From contig JBPOIO010000004.1 in the NCBI GenBank assembly GCA_052034405.1, forward strand, positions 751-64,750: a DNA stretch of 64,000 bases, in the 5' to 3' direction. A model generated the notes under the pieces. That model worked only from the letters and a program-made list of their open reading frames with translations, did not search any database and was not told the DNA's origin. How positions within the stretch are numbered: the first letter of the stretch is position 1; every line of letters starts with the position of its first letter. This document shows positions 1 to 9,478 of this stretch, piece by piece. Made by a program: the position numbers and the translations under genes. The DNA is from Candidatus Magasanikiibacteriota bacterium. Its GTDB lineage: Bacteria; Patescibacteriota; Patescibacteriia; Magasanikbacterales; UBA922.

Positions 1-1761
1 GCCATTGTTGAAGGCCTTGCCAAAAGAATCAATCAAGGCGATGTACCAGATATTCTCAAACGCAAACGCATCCTTTCGCTCGATCTGACACTCCTTATCT
101 CTGGAACCATTTATCGTGGAGAATTTGAATCCCGCCTTCGCCAAATTATAGAAGACATGAGCAAAAATCCAGATTGTATTTTATTTATTGACGAAATCCA
201 TAATATTATTGGCGCAGGATCAAACCAAGGAACCATGGATGCAGCCAATATCCTCAAACCAGCCCTTGCTCGCGGAAAACTTCGCTGTATTGGAGCCACA
301 ACCCTTGATGAATACAAAAAACATATCAGCAATGACCCAGCACTCGAACGCCGCTTTCAGTCGGTCCAGGTCGAAGAACCAAGTCGTGACGACACGGTCA
401 AAATTTTGACAGGCATTGCCCCACTCTACGAAAAATATCACGAAGTACAGTTTTCTCCAGAACTCTTGGCCCAAATAGTAGATCTTTCTATCAAATATAT
501 CCATGATAATTTTTTGCCAGACAAAGCCATAGATATTCTCGACGAAGCCGCTGCATCTGTACGAGTGAGTACTCCTTCCCACCCACTCAAACAAGCACAC
601 CACGCACTCGCAAAAGAAATTGGAGAAATACGAGAAAAAAAACAAGACTGTATTTTGGAAGAAAAATTTGAAGAAGCAAAAAAACTCAAAAACCGAGAAG
701 AAAAATTGATGAAAGAAATAAAAGCCCTTGAGAAAAAAATAGAAAAAATTCGTCCTGCAAAACACAAAAATGTTACGAGTGAAGATATTGCAAAAGTTTT
801 GGCACGAAAACTTCATACCAATAAAAATATTTTTCTTCAAGATGAATATACAAAGCTCCAAAATCTTGCAGAACAACTCAAAAAAGAAATTATTGGACAA
901 GACAGAGTCATTGAAAATGTTGTCGAGACACTCCAACGTTCATCTTTGGGACTCAAAGGAAAAAACCACCCACTCGCTTCATTTTTATTTGTTGGCCCAA
1001 CTGGTGTCGGCAAAACAGAACTCGCCAAAACACTAGCACGAGAACTCTATCACGACGAAAAAGCCCTCATCAAAATGGACATGAGTGAATTTTCCGAGCA
1101 ACATGGTATTAGCAAACTTCTTGGCTCACCAGCTGGATATATTGGCTATAAAGAACGCAATCATTTTACCGAAAGCCTGCGCAAACGCCCCTATTCTGTC
1201 GTACTTTTTGACGAAATCGACAAAGCCCACCCAGATGTACTCAAACTTTTACTCCAAATTTTGGACGAAGGAGAACTCAGTGAAAGCAATGGAAAAAAAG
1301 TTACTTTTCGTCACGCCGTAGTAATCCTTACAAGTAATGTTGGAGCTGAAATATTTAAACAAAAAAGTATAGGATTTGGAACAGTTGAGACAGAACAGCT
1401 CAGTAAACAAAAAGAAATCAGTGTCATGAGCAGCCTCAAAGAAAATTTTGGAGCCCCACTTCTTGGACGTATTGATGCCACTTGTCTTTTTATGCCCCTA
1501 CAAAAAAATGACCTTGAAACTATTATTCAAAAACGCATGGCCAAGATAAGTTCCCTCCTCGAACAAAAAATTCAAATCACCACAGACATACTCGCACTTG
1601 AACAAATCCTAAAAAATCTTGAACAGGACCTTGGGGCACGACCTATCGAATCCACGCTCGAGCGCATCCTCTACCCTATTTTATTTGCAGCACAAAAAGA
1701 AATACAAGGAAAGAAAAAAGTAAAACTCAGCTATGAAAAAAATAAATTTTTGCTGATATAA
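1..1761 (+). CDS. clpC: ClpC/ClpA-family AAA+ ATPase, 5'-partial (frame is open from base 1: AIVEGLAKRI...)
   Basis: Walker [39 protein letters not shown]-like coiled coil (EEKFEEAKKLKNRE), second Walker [18 protein letters not shown] loop. Confidence 0.88.
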   Translation, partial: AIVEGLAKRINQGDVPDILKRKRILSLDLTLLISGTIYRGEFESRLRQIIEDMSKNPDCILFIDEIHNIIGAGSNQGTMDAANILKPALARGKLRCIGATTLDEYKKHISNDPALERRFQSVQVEEPSRDDTVKILTGIAPLYEKYHEVQFSPELLAQIVDLSIKYIHDNFLPDKAIDILDEAAASVRVSTPSHPLKQAHHALAKEIGEIREKKQDCILEEKFEEAKKLKNREEKLMKEIKALEKKIEKIRPAKHKNVTSEDIAKVLARKLHTNKNIFLQDEYTKLQNLAEQLKKEIIGQDRVIENVVETLQRSSLGLKGKNHPLASFLFVGPTGVGKTELAKTLARELYHDEKALIKMDMSEFSEQHGISKLLGSPAGYIGYKERNHFTESLRKRPYSVVLFDEIDKAHPDVLKLLLQILDEGELSESNGKKVTFRHAVVILTSNVGAEIFKQKSIGFGTVETEQLSKQKEISVMSSLKENFGAPLLGRIDATCLFMPLQKNDLETIIQKRMAKISSLLEQKIQITTDILALEQILKNLEQDLGARPIESTLERILYPILFAAQKEIQGKKKVKLSYEKNKFLLI

Positions 1762-1762
1762 T

Positions 1763-2110
1763 ATGTCTGATCAATACCAATGGGCCGAAGCCCTTCGAAA
1801 GGCAAGACAAAATGAACAACAAAAACAGCCACGGCTCAATTTTTCTGCACCCTCAAAAATATCTACCGAACAACTCGAAGAACAAATGGAGTACTACAAA
1901 AAAAAACTTCTTGAAGCCGTACAAAATAAAAAGACAGAAGAAATACAAAACCTTGTTGAGCGTCTTATCAACTGCCATTCACGCCTTACTGCGCTTCTTA
2001 TCAAAAACGAAAAAGACCTTGGTGCATCAGACAATTCCCCTCTTATTGCAGAATATTTGCAAAAATATTTTTCTGACTCTGCCAAACTTCTCGAAACTTT
2101 CCCCACATAA
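1763..2110 (+). CDS. hypothetical helical protein
   Basis: 115 aa ORF starting 1 nt after the clpC stop, host-like codon usage. Confidence 0.6.
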   Translation: MSDQYQWAEALRKARQNEQQKQPRLNFSAPSKISTEQLEEQMEYYKKKLLEAVQNKKTEEIQNLVERLINCHSRLTALLIKNEKDLGASDNSPLIAEYLQKYFSDSAKLLETFPT

Positions 2111-2119
2111 TATACTTCC

Positions 2120-3154
2120 ATGCCCCTTACTGACAAAATTCGAGGAAAACTCATGAGCCCACTCAAAAATGCACTTCTTGGATTTGCTGTTTCGGTTTCC
2201 CCAGGGGTTCTCACCCGAGAAAGTGAAAAAACACTGGGTGCTGCTGTAGAAAAAATTGCAGAAGATATTGCTGAAAATACAGCACAGAACTTTGAAGAAC
2301 AACTCAAAAATTTTGGACCAAATAAAGGCCCTACTACGAATGCCGCAAATCCAAGTGAAGATGTACCCGCAGCAGATAATTTTCCGGATACTCCAAAAAA
2401 TGATATAATGCCAGACAAGAATATAGCAAAAGCTCTTGAAGCAGAAGCTGCAACACAACCAAATTCTCCAACAGAAGAAGCAAATCCAAAACCCAAAAGC
2501 TCCGAAGAAAATTCTACAGAACAAGGAAATCTTGCTGCGCAGGGTGAACAGCAAGGGACAGGAGAAAAAAAAGAAAAAAATCCAAATGAAACTCCAGAAG
2601 AAAAAGCTGAACGAGAACAAGAAGAAGCAGAAGAAAAAGCATACCAAGAAGAATTGGAAACAGCACGCAAAAAACTTCCCTCAGGAAAAGGCGCTATAAC
2701 CCAAACGCTCAACTCGCTTATTAATAGACGAAAAATTAAAAAATTAGAAAAACAACTTGCAAAACTTGGAGCAAACCTCAAACAATGGCAAAGAGAACTT
2801 GATAAAAAGAAAAAAATTCTTAGTCGCACAGAAAAACAAAAAAAACGTCTTGAAAACAAAAAAAAACGAATCGACACAATACGAAAATTTTTACGTGTTT
2901 TCAACTGGACAGCAGGATTCCTTATCTTTTTCTGGTTACTCGAGATTACTATCCCTTGGAAAAAAGTATTGGATGGAGCAGCACTTCGACTAGAACAAAT
3001 GATTGCCCCACTTGAAGAAAAAATCAAAAGCATAAAAAAAGTTATCACCGTTATAGAAAAACAAATAAAAACAGTACAAAAACAAATGACAGCAATAACC
3101 ATGCAAATATATGCGCTCTATAACCAAGGATTATTTGAACAGAGAAAAACATAA
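2120..3154 (+). CDS. hypothetical membrane protein with acidic/Pro-rich region and Lys-rich coiled coil
   Basis: 344 aa ORF in operon-like spacing; hydrophobic stretch VFNWTAGFLIFFWLLEITIPW. Confidence 0.65.
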   Translation: MPLTDKIRGKLMSPLKNALLGFAVSVSPGVLTRESEKTLGAAVEKIAEDIAENTAQNFEEQLKNFGPNKGPTTNAANPSEDVPAADNFPDTPKNDIMPDKNIAKALEAEAATQPNSPTEEANPKPKSSEENSTEQGNLAAQGEQQGTGEKKEKNPNETPEEKAEREQEEAEEKAYQEELETARKKLPSGKGAITQTLNSLINRRKIKKLEKQLAKLGANLKQWQRELDKKKKILSRTEKQKKRLENKKKRIDTIRKFLRVFNWTAGFLIFFWLLEITIPWKKVLDGAALRLEQMIAPLEEKIKSIKKVITVIEKQIKTVQKQMTAITMQIYALYNQGLFEQRKT

Positions 3155-3183
3155 AATATTCCCTATTTTTAAATCCCAATAGT

Positions 3184-4398
3184 ATGGACAAAAAACGTAT
3201 TCTTATAGCTCTTGGATTTCTCCTCCTCTGTATAGGACTTGGATATTTGATTTATCGTTTCTTCTTTGCAAGCGCACCGACAGAGACACTCCCAAGCAGT
3301 GAAGGAACAACAAGCCCTACAATAAATAGCTTCCCAGAGGCTGGACTTGGTGGAAAAAAAGGCAGTACAAGTACCACAAATACCACACTCCCAAGCTCTG
3401 CGACAAATCCAAATGCAGGTCAATTGGGAGAAAACAAAAAACCTATTGTACAACTTTTGAGTGACTCTATTCTTGGAGTACAATCTGGCAAAGGTGGCAT
3501 GCGCTACTACAACCAACAAGATGGAAAATTTTATCGTATTGATGCCAATGGCAAACAAATTCCACTCGACGACAAAACATTTTTTGATGTTCAAAAAGTT
3601 ACTTGGGCACCAGGAAAAGACGAAAGTATCCTCGAATACCCAGATGGATCAAACACCTACTATAATTTTGAAACAAAAAAACAAGTTACCCTTCCAAAAC
3701 ACTGGGAACAATTTTCTTTTGCCCCAGACAGTGACAAAATTGCAGCCAAAAGTATTGGTATTTCAGCAGACAACAACTGGCTAATTAGTGCCTCACCAGA
3801 TGGACAAAACGTAAAACTCGTTGAACCCCTTGGAGAAAATGCCGATAAGGTTGATATCAACTGGTCACCAAACCAACAAGTCATTGCTACCTCTCGAACC
3901 GGTGAACCTCTTGGCGCCGACCAACAACAAGTACTTTTAATTGGACAAAATCACGAAAATTTTAAATCTATCACCGTTGAAGGCCGAGGTCTCGTAAGTG
4001 AATGGTCACCCCAAGGTGGAAAACTCCTTTACAGTGTTTACAGTGAACGCAGTGACTTCAAACCAGAACTCTGGATTACCAATGCTGCACCAGGAACAGC
4101 CGGAACCGAACGTAAACTGCTCAACGTCAATACCTGGGCAAACAAATGCACATTTTCCGACGACCGCTATGTATACTGTGGTATTCCAACATCCCTTGAT
4201 ACCGGGGCGGGTCTTGTCCCAGCTATTGCCGATCAAACTCCAGATAAAATTTTTAAGATTGACACACAAACTGGAGTAAAAACAGAACTCGCAACAGATG
4301 GAACCCACGTTATTGGAAGTATGTTTATAGGAGACGACGGAAAGACTCTTTATTTCACCGATAAAAACCAAAATGGATTATTTCAAGTAAATCAATAA
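3184..4398 (+). CDS. membrane-anchored TolB-like beta-propeller protein
   Basis: N-terminal TM helix, Thr/Ser linker, repeated W(A/S)P / FAPD blade motifs. Confidence 0.7.
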   Translation: MDKKRILIALGFLLLCIGLGYLIYRFFFASAPTETLPSSEGTTSPTINSFPEAGLGGKKGSTSTTNTTLPSSATNPNAGQLGENKKPIVQLLSDSILGVQSGKGGMRYYNQQDGKFYRIDANGKQIPLDDKTFFDVQKVTWAPGKDESILEYPDGSNTYYNFETKKQVTLPKHWEQFSFAPDSDKIAAKSIGISADNNWLISASPDGQNVKLVEPLGENADKVDINWSPNQQVIATSRTGEPLGADQQQVLLIGQNHENFKSITVEGRGLVSEWSPQGGKLLYSVYSERSDFKPELWITNAAPGTAGTERKLLNVNTWANKCTFSDDRYVYCGIPTSLDTGAGLVPAIADQTPDKIFKIDTQTGVKTELATDGTHVIGSMFIGDDGKTLYFTDKNQNGLFQVNQ

Positions 4399-4399
4399 T

Positions 4400-5035
4400 A
4401 TGAGCACAAAAAAACTTCTCCTTGTTTTTGTCCCACTTCTTGTACTCGCAGGCCTAGCACTTTTTATTCGTATCATCCAATACGAACCACTTTTCCCAAA
4501 ACAAACAGACAAGACAGATAAAACAGTACTCCAAGTTCCTATCTATGGAGAAGATCCTATCACTGGAGACAAAAAATCAGCAGTCACACTCATTGCCTTT
4601 GAAGACTTTGCCTGTGAAAATTGTAAACTTGAATCAGAGCTCCTCACCCAAGTTTTAAAAGAAGCCCCAAATGCACTCAAAATCGTTTGGAAAATTTTTC
4701 CTATCACTCGCTATCCAATAGATTCAACACTATCAGCAGAATATAGTTACTGCGCGAATCAACAAGGAAAATTTGAGGAGTTCAAATCCTATGCCTTTGA
4801 AAATGCCGAAAACTTATCTGAAAGCACACTCCAAACCATTGCTACACAAATAAAACTTGATAGCAAAAAACTAAAAGCCTGTCTTGATTCAAAGGCTCCA
4901 ACTCCTTCTCTTGAAGCCAACAAAAATCTTGCAGATGCTCTTCAAATTCAAGTCCTTCCAACTATGTTTTTGAACAATAAACAAATTGACGCACCAAAAA
5001 CTATTGAAGGATGGAGAACCTTACTTGGAATTTAA
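4400..5035 (+). CDS. DsbA/thioredoxin-fold protein (CENC)
   Basis: EDFACENC motif, FPI, CANQQGKF, cis-Pro VLPT, N-terminal TM. Confidence 0.85.
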   Translation: MSTKKLLLVFVPLLVLAGLALFIRIIQYEPLFPKQTDKTDKTVLQVPIYGEDPITGDKKSAVTLIAFEDFACENCKLESELLTQVLKEAPNALKIVWKIFPITRYPIDSTLSAEYSYCANQQGKFEEFKSYAFENAENLSESTLQTIATQIKLDSKKLKACLDSKAPTPSLEANKNLADALQIQVLPTMFLNNKQIDAPKTIEGWRTLLGI

Positions 5036-5040
5036 TTTCT

Positions 5041-6324
5041 ATGAAATTTACAAAAAAACTTTTTTTTCTCAGTTTTCTTACACTTGCTGCTACTGTATTT
5101 TTTGAACCATCTATTTCACTCGCAGGACCTATCACAGACACATACAATGCCGGCACTTCTGTCAACGAACTCCAACAACAAGCAGGAAAACCAACAAATC
5201 GAATTAAAATTCCAGGAATTACTTATAGTAATATAAAAGAAGTAAAAGAAGACGGTGACACCTATCTCTACGTTCCCTATATTGGTGAATACTTATCTGT
5301 CGTATATCGCTACCTCGTAGTAATTGCAGGACTCGTTGCTGTCATAGTCATTATTATTGCAGGTATCCAGTGGACTGCATCTGGTGGAAATAGTAGTAGT
5401 ATTGAATCTGCAAAAAACAGAATTGTAGGAGCCCTCACCGGTCTTGGACTTGCTGTTGGATCTTATATTATTCTCTATACCATAAACCCAGAACTGGTAA
5501 ATTTTCGAAGCTTGAAAATAAAATATATTCCTGGAGTACCTGTTGAAGTAACCTATGACGAAGGTGAAGATCCTACAGCAAAACCTTCTACTGGTGGATA
5601 TCTTGGTGGAAATCCAAAACCTTCGGGAAAGGCAAAATGTATTTATGAGAAATTTACCCCAAATATAAAAGTTGGAGAAAAACCACCTATTCGACAAATA
5701 AATCTTCTTGGTATGGGGCGTTCTATTCCCGTCAATAGTAACAGTTACGATGCGTGGAAAAAAGCATCTGATGAAATACTTGCAAGTCAAGATCCTGAAG
5801 TACTTGGATACCTTCAATACATGCGAGATTTCCGAGATAAAAAAGTACCTGACTTACTTGGAGAAAAAGATGGAGCGGGGGTCGTATCACAAAGTCTTGG
5901 AAAAGGTATCGGTATAAGTCGAGCTACAGGAGCAGAACTTGGATCACTCATCCAAGATATGCATGTCATGGGACTCGCCGTTGATTTTATGACACGAAGT
6001 AATTGGGATATCAATTGGGGTGGAACAAAAAAAGGAAAAGCAGCCAGTGGTTACTGTGAAAATTATAAAAAGACACTCACAAAAATGAAAAATGGAGACT
6101 ACGGAGAACAGCTCAAATCCGATCCCTATAAAATGTATGAACGACTTGATAAAAAGATTGAACACTGCATGAACAAATTTGATAATGGAAATGATCCATT
6201 TACATCTATTCCCCAAGGAATGATTGATATCTTTGTCCGTAATGGGTTTTACTGGGGTGGATATGGTTGGGGCAATAAAATGAGAAGCGATGCTATGCAC
6301 TTTGAGTACTGGGGAGGTTGCTAA
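5041..6324 (+). CDS. CPR-type pilin (TrbC/VirB2-like) domain fused to an M15-family metallopeptidase domain
   Basis: Signal peptide; IIIIAGIQWTASGGN...AKNRIVGALTGL...YIILYTINPEL pilin signature; C-terminal MHVMGLAVD, YWGG.GW and DAMHFE motifs. Start taken at the ATG at 5041. Confidence 0.75.
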   Translation: MKFTKKLFFLSFLTLAATVFFEPSISLAGPITDTYNAGTSVNELQQQAGKPTNRIKIPGITYSNIKEVKEDGDTYLYVPYIGEYLSVVYRYLVVIAGLVAVIVIIIAGIQWTASGGNSSSIESAKNRIVGALTGLGLAVGSYIILYTINPELVNFRSLKIKYIPGVPVEVTYDEGEDPTAKPSTGGYLGGNPKPSGKAKCIYEKFTPNIKVGEKPPIRQINLLGMGRSIPVNSNSYDAWKKASDEILASQDPEVLGYLQYMRDFRDKKVPDLLGEKDGAGVVSQSLGKGIGISRATGAELGSLIQDMHVMGLAVDFMTRSNWDINWGGTKKGKAASGYCENYKKTLTKMKNGDYGEQLKSDPYKMYERLDKKIEHCMNKFDNGNDPFTSIPQGMIDIFVRNGFYWGGYGWGNKMRSDAMHFEYWGGC

Positions 6325-6344
6325 AATTCTATATTCTTGTTGTT

Positions 6345-7496
6345 ATGTTTTTGTTTTACCGAAAGGTTCTTCTCATTCTTTTATTTTTTAGTATTTTATT
6401 TCCATTTCAATCCTTGAAAGCACAAGTTGATTCTGATGTATTTATACCTCCAGAAAATGAATACTTCAAAGCAAAAGTAACTGAAATTATTTCAAGAACA
6501 GGAGATGAAAGTCTACCTACTTTCCAACAGTTTAAAGCAACAGCTCTTGAAGGGACTTTTCAAGGAAAAGAAATTACTATCACACAAGAAGCAATTCATG
6601 GTATATACCAAATAAAAAAAGTACAAAAAGGAGAAACACTGGTTATCTTTAGAAATATACTGAGTGAACCAGAATTTACAGTTGAAGATAAATATAGAAT
6701 TCCCGCCCTCTGGTGGCTCCTCGCATTATTTTTGGGATGTGTTTTTCTATTTACTGGCAAAAAAGGATTTCGAGCAACATTGAGTCTCCTTGGAAGTCTC
6801 ATAGTCATTGTTTTTTTCATGGTTCCTCAAATAGCCCGAGGAGCGAATCCACTTCTTATTAGTTTGCTAAGTGCTCTTTTTTTACTTCTTTTATCTATTT
6901 ACCTTGGACATGGTGTAAATAAAAGAAGTACCATTGCACTTATTAGTAGTCTTAGCGTCATTGGGCTTTCTGTCTTTCTCGGAGAATTTTTTATCTACTT
7001 TGGAAAACTCTTTGGACTTGGAAGTGATGAAGCAGTACTTCTCCAATTTGGAAATCTTGGGAATATTAACCTTCGAGGACTTTTACTCGCTGGGATTATT
7101 ATTGGAACAATCGGAGTTCTTGATGATGTCACAGTTGTACAGGCAGCAACCGTAGAAGAAATTCATAGTCTTGACCCAAACATAAAAAGAGATGTACTCT
7201 ATAAAAAAGGTATGTCTGTAGGAAAAGAACATATCCTTTCAATGGTCAATACACTCATCCTTGCCTATACAGGAGCAGCACTTCCACTCGTACTTTTTTT
7301 CACTTTTCAAGAACACATACACCAACCATTTTGGGTAAAAATGAATAGTGAAAGTATTTCTGAAGAAGTTGTTCGTTCGCTCATTGGAAGTATTGTACTC
7401 ATCTTTGCGGTACCACTTACCACATGGATTGCTGCTTATTCTTATAACAAAAGCAATACAAATAAAATGTATGACGAAAGAAACAAAAACATTTGA
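6345..7496 (+). CDS. YibE/F family membrane protein
   Basis: Multi-TM; LLAGIIIGTIGVLDDV, GMSVGKEHILSMVNTLILAYTG, EEVVRSLIGSI motifs. Confidence 0.88.
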   Translation: MFLFYRKVLLILLFFSILFPFQSLKAQVDSDVFIPPENEYFKAKVTEIISRTGDESLPTFQQFKATALEGTFQGKEITITQEAIHGIYQIKKVQKGETLVIFRNILSEPEFTVEDKYRIPALWWLLALFLGCVFLFTGKKGFRATLSLLGSLIVIVFFMVPQIARGANPLLISLLSALFLLLLSIYLGHGVNKRSTIALISSLSVIGLSVFLGEFFIYFGKLFGLGSDEAVLLQFGNLGNINLRGLLLAGIIIGTIGVLDDVTVVQAATVEEIHSLDPNIKRDVLYKKGMSVGKEHILSMVNTLILAYTGAALPLVLFFTFQEHIHQPFWVKMNSESISEEVVRSLIGSIVLIFAVPLTTWIAAYSYNKSNTNKMYDERNKNI

Positions 7497-8820
7497 TTGT
7501 GCTCACTGCGGCGCTCAATACCAAAAATGGGTTGGGCGCTGCTCCGAATGTGGAAAATGGGGCAGTATTGCAGAGCAAGCAGTAAGTGAAAAACCAGATA
7601 CACGTTCGAGTAAAAGCGGAAAAACTTTTGCCGCAGGCAAACCAGTCAAACTGAGTGATATACAATCTACAAATGTACAAAGAATGCAAAGCAAAAGTAG
7701 CGAGCTCAACCGCGTGCTCGGTGGGGGCCTTGTCCCAGGCAGTTTTATTTTACTCGGAGGTGAACCTGGTATTGGAAAATCTACCCTCTCCATTCAAATT
7801 GCTTCCATGATTCCACAGTGCCTCTATATTTCTGGGGAAGAATCAGTCGAGCAAATAAAACTGCGGGCGGATAGACTCAAACTCGAAACCTCGACAATGC
7901 ATCTGCTCAACGAAACACATCTTGAAACAATACTTGCAACCATTGATGCGGTCAAATCCCCTCTGGTTATCATTGATTCAATACAAACCATGTTTACGAG
8001 TGAAGTCGACGGTGAACCTGGCAATGTTTCACAGCTGCGTGCCTGCGCCGTCAAACTTCTTGAAGCCGCAAAATCTACAAACACCGCAATTGTGCTGATT
8101 GGCCACGTCACCAAAGACGGTAGTGTAGCAGGACCTCGCACACTCGAACACCTGGTTGACACGGTCCTCTACCTCGAAGGTGACCGCTACCATGATATCC
8201 GAATACTCCGTGCAGTAAAAAACCGTTTTGGTTCCACCGATGAGGTTGGTATGTTTGAAATGAATGAAATGGGTTTGAACGATATTGAGAACCCATCGGC
8301 AATGCTGCTCGCTGAACGCGGCGACACAATGCCTGGAAGTGTGGTTACTTGTCTTAGTGAAGGAACGCGATCACTCCTTGTCGAAGTACAAGCGCTCATC
8401 ACCAAAACATCTTTTGGTTATCCTGTACGAAAGGCAAGTGGATTTGATCTCAACCGCCTGCATGTACTCATCGCCGTACTCCAGCGCCGTGCAGCCTTGA
8501 ATTTGGCCCAATACGATGTGCATATAAACGTAGTGGGTGGAGTTCTTGCCGACGAACCTGGAGCAGATCTCGCAGTATGCCTCGCTATCGCAAGTGCCTA
8601 CAAAGACAAGGCCCTCGGCAACGACCTCGCCGTCTTTGGAGAAGTTGGCCTTGGCGGAGAGATTCGCTCCGTACGATTTTTGGAGAAAAAAATCAAAGAA
8701 TGTGAAAACCTGGGAATGAAACGAGTACTCACAACACTCGGACCAAAGGGAAAAGCGACAAGTACGAAAGTAAAAATAATGAATGTCAAAAATATTGATG
8801 AACTGATCAAACACACCTAA
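7471..8820 (+). CDS. radA: DNA repair protein RadA/Sms
   Basis: CAHCG...W.GRCSECG.W Zn finger, GGEPGIGKST, KNRFG motif, Lon-like C-terminus; start at MTKETKTFDC. Confidence 0.96.
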   Translation: MTKETKTFDCAHCGAQYQKWVGRCSECGKWGSIAEQAVSEKPDTRSSKSGKTFAAGKPVKLSDIQSTNVQRMQSKSSELNRVLGGGLVPGSFILLGGEPGIGKSTLSIQIASMIPQCLYISGEESVEQIKLRADRLKLETSTMHLLNETHLETILATIDAVKSPLVIIDSIQTMFTSEVDGEPGNVSQLRACAVKLLEAAKSTNTAIVLIGHVTKDGSVAGPRTLEHLVDTVLYLEGDRYHDIRILRAVKNRFGSTDEVGMFEMNEMGLNDIENPSAMLLAERGDTMPGSVVTCLSEGTRSLLVEVQALITKTSFGYPVRKASGFDLNRLHVLIAVLQRRAALNLAQYDVHINVVGGVLADEPGADLAVCLAIASAYKDKALGNDLAVFGEVGLGGEIRSVRFLEKKIKECENLGMKRVLTTLGPKGKATSTKVKIMNVKNIDELIKHT

Positions 8821-8832
8821 ATAAAATATTTG

Positions 8833-8870
8833 AAAATAAAAAATCCACCCAAAAAGGGTGGTTTTATTTT
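8833..8870. terminator. bidirectional intrinsic terminator
   Basis: CCACCC-AAAAA-GGGTGG stem flanked by A and T tracts after radA. Confidence 0.7.
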
Positions 8871-8992
8871 GATTTTTCTCGCGCTCGCCTCCTCGAAGGT
8901 CGATCGTTGCATTCGCTCGGTGAAGAGCGCGAGAGGTGCCCGTCTGAGGGGCTGGGTGGGCCGTCGCACGAGGCGACGTCGGTGGGCGCGGG

Positions 8993-9295
8993 TCAGGCCG
9001 CGGGCTGGGACTCCGTGGAAGGAGCAGCGTTCTTCGTCGACGCCTGCTGGAGAGTGTAGCCTACGATCTCCATGTAGGCGCCCTTCTGAAGAAGCCGGAG
9101 CTCCTCCGGATCGAGCAGCGCCCGCCAGGCCAGGATGAACTGGTGGAGCGCCCCGAATCGCCGAAGCGTACCGACCATGTTCATGACCTCGGACCCAAAG
9201 GTCCGCTGTTCTCCCTCGCGGAAGCGCACCTTGATGGTGCGGACCTTCCCAGAAGAAAAATCAGCGAGCTTCAGACCCTTGCGCTGATGCTCCAT
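8993..9295 (-). CDS. GC-rich orphan ORF (ATG at 9295, or upstream GTG at 9370)
   Basis: ORF inside a GC-rich islet; extended -10 TGCTATACT at 9416-9424 (minus strand). Confidence 0.55.
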   Translation of the reverse strand: MEHQRKGLKLADFSSGKVRTIKVRFREGEQRTFGSEVMNMVGTLRRFGALHQFILAWRALLDPEELRLLQKGAYMEIVGYTLQQASTKNAAPSTESQPAA

Positions 9296-9478
9296 GATCG
9301 CCCCGATGATGGAATACAATTCCAATTCGCTCACGAGAACAAACTTTCTTTGAAATGTGGCAGCGCCCACTCTTACGAAGCCCTTCGCAAAAGCTTTTCT
9401 GCCAAATCCGCCGCCAGTATAGCATAAACAATAAAAAAATCAAGGTCTTTTGAACCTTGATATTCTTGAGTTATTAAC

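Noticed and set aside
1894-3102. 402-aa minus-strand ORF
   Set aside because: Phe/Ser-rich antisense shadow of the A-rich plus-strand gene 2120-3154
8961-8969. CCGTCGCAC match to the element motif at 14922-14930
   Set aside because: Only 9 bp in GC-rich sequence and explained by a local hairpin; compatible with chance
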